Assembly: GCA_038496445.1 (NCBI GenBank)
Contig: JALMLS010000179.1
Location: 372,001 to 436,000, forward strand
From: Trichosphaerium sp. ATCC 40318
Taxonomy: Eukaryota > Protista > Tubulinea
Length of the DNA: 64,000 bases
Reading direction: 5' to 3'
This document shows positions 63,139-64,000 of this stretch, piece by piece. Position 1 is the first letter of the stretch. Each line of letters begins with the position of its first letter. The notes under the pieces are model-generated. The model ran no database searches. It was not told where the DNA came from and worked only from the letters and a program-made list of their open reading frames with translations. The translations under genes and the position numbers were made by a program.

Positions 63139-64000
63139 CTGATTGCAAGCAAGATTTGTGGTTAGTTCGGTTCAAGAAGTAAGATTATGATGTTTTAAGA
63201 CACTTTGGAGTCTTTAGTTTTGCAAACTGCACAAACTACATTTTTTGCGCACCCTAAAAAACATGTTGTATCGCTTGCGTTTATCGGCGAGTGTGCGTCA
63301 AGAGTGCAAACAAGTCATTTTGTGTTTGTTCTCGGATTCTCAATTTCTCAATAATTTCAGGGTATTTCCGTTATTCTCACAATAATTCTCCGTATCAGAC
63401 CGAGAGTCTGTTTATGGTACAACGTTATTAAAAATGATTCTTTGGTGTGGGAGGTTATTGGGTTTCGTTTCAGAGTAAATTTCAAGGAGATATCAGCTAA
63501 AAAAAGCAATTAAAAGTATATCATTTACTTTATTTGTTTGTATTCGTATTTTTCTTTTTTACGTGACTGTAAAACGAGACTGCAGGTGATGGTAGCGTCG
63601 CCAAAAGCATTTTCATCCATAAAAGTCTGTTGTTGGAACAGACAAAATGTGTACATTTGTATTTTTTCGGGCACTTTTTATTAAACTGCTACAATCCGAT
63701 TTCTCCATCTAGACTAATGGTCAGTAAGCGATACAGGTCTATTCATAAATCAACATGGTTTGTTCAATGCGATTTATACTATTAATGGATGGTTTCGGTG
63801 TAAAGTTAGACTTCAGTGTTTCGTTAAGTCAAAATACTAAAAACAACACAAACGAAACAACTCTTCCAAATGCTTTCTTTCATCAGAACATCTATCATCA
63901 GCGTATTCAAAAGACGTACACGCAATACAAAGGGTAAATCAAAGACTCTTGAGAAGCTTGCTCGTAAACCTCTTAATCTTGGCGCCATTGCGACAGTGCT

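Overview
AT-rich, intron-rich nuclear DNA from a unicellular eukaryote. Amoebozoan affinity is my inference from gene content, not proven. It holds about 20 host genes with short introns and a tRNA-Asn(GTT). Recognisable products: peroxisomal ABCD transporter 3' end, AlkD-type repair gene, A20-finger protein, WDR6, an actin-related protein, DUF1499, C2, deiodinase-like, LIM, Zn2Cys6 factor, Abraxas-like, F-box/MORN genes, RhoGAP-SH3, APC8/CDC23, and a large LRR protein. About a quarter of the window is mobile DNA. (1) A Ty3/Gypsy element with an intact gag-pol ORF and 151-bp LTRs sits inside the AlkD gene; its 3' LTR end plus flanking host DNA is micro-inverted. (2) A matching solo LTR lies at 48879-49029. 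(3) A full-length APE-RT-RNaseH non-LTR element has an 11-bp TSD and a (TAAA)n tail. (4) A 1128-bp TIR element with a 3-bp TSD is nested in that element's ORF2. Most unusual signals: a hairpin-rich cassette beside the LINE carrying two oppositely oriented copies of the LSU rRNA H69-H71 (R2/I-PpoI target) sequence; frequent GC-AG introns with a GCACGT donor; an A20 finger fused to a putative Cys-His-Asn protease; and a protein joining a degenerate dynamin-type GTPase, a catalytically dead OTU domain and LRRs. All exon structures were spliced by eye, so gene ends are approximate unless stated.
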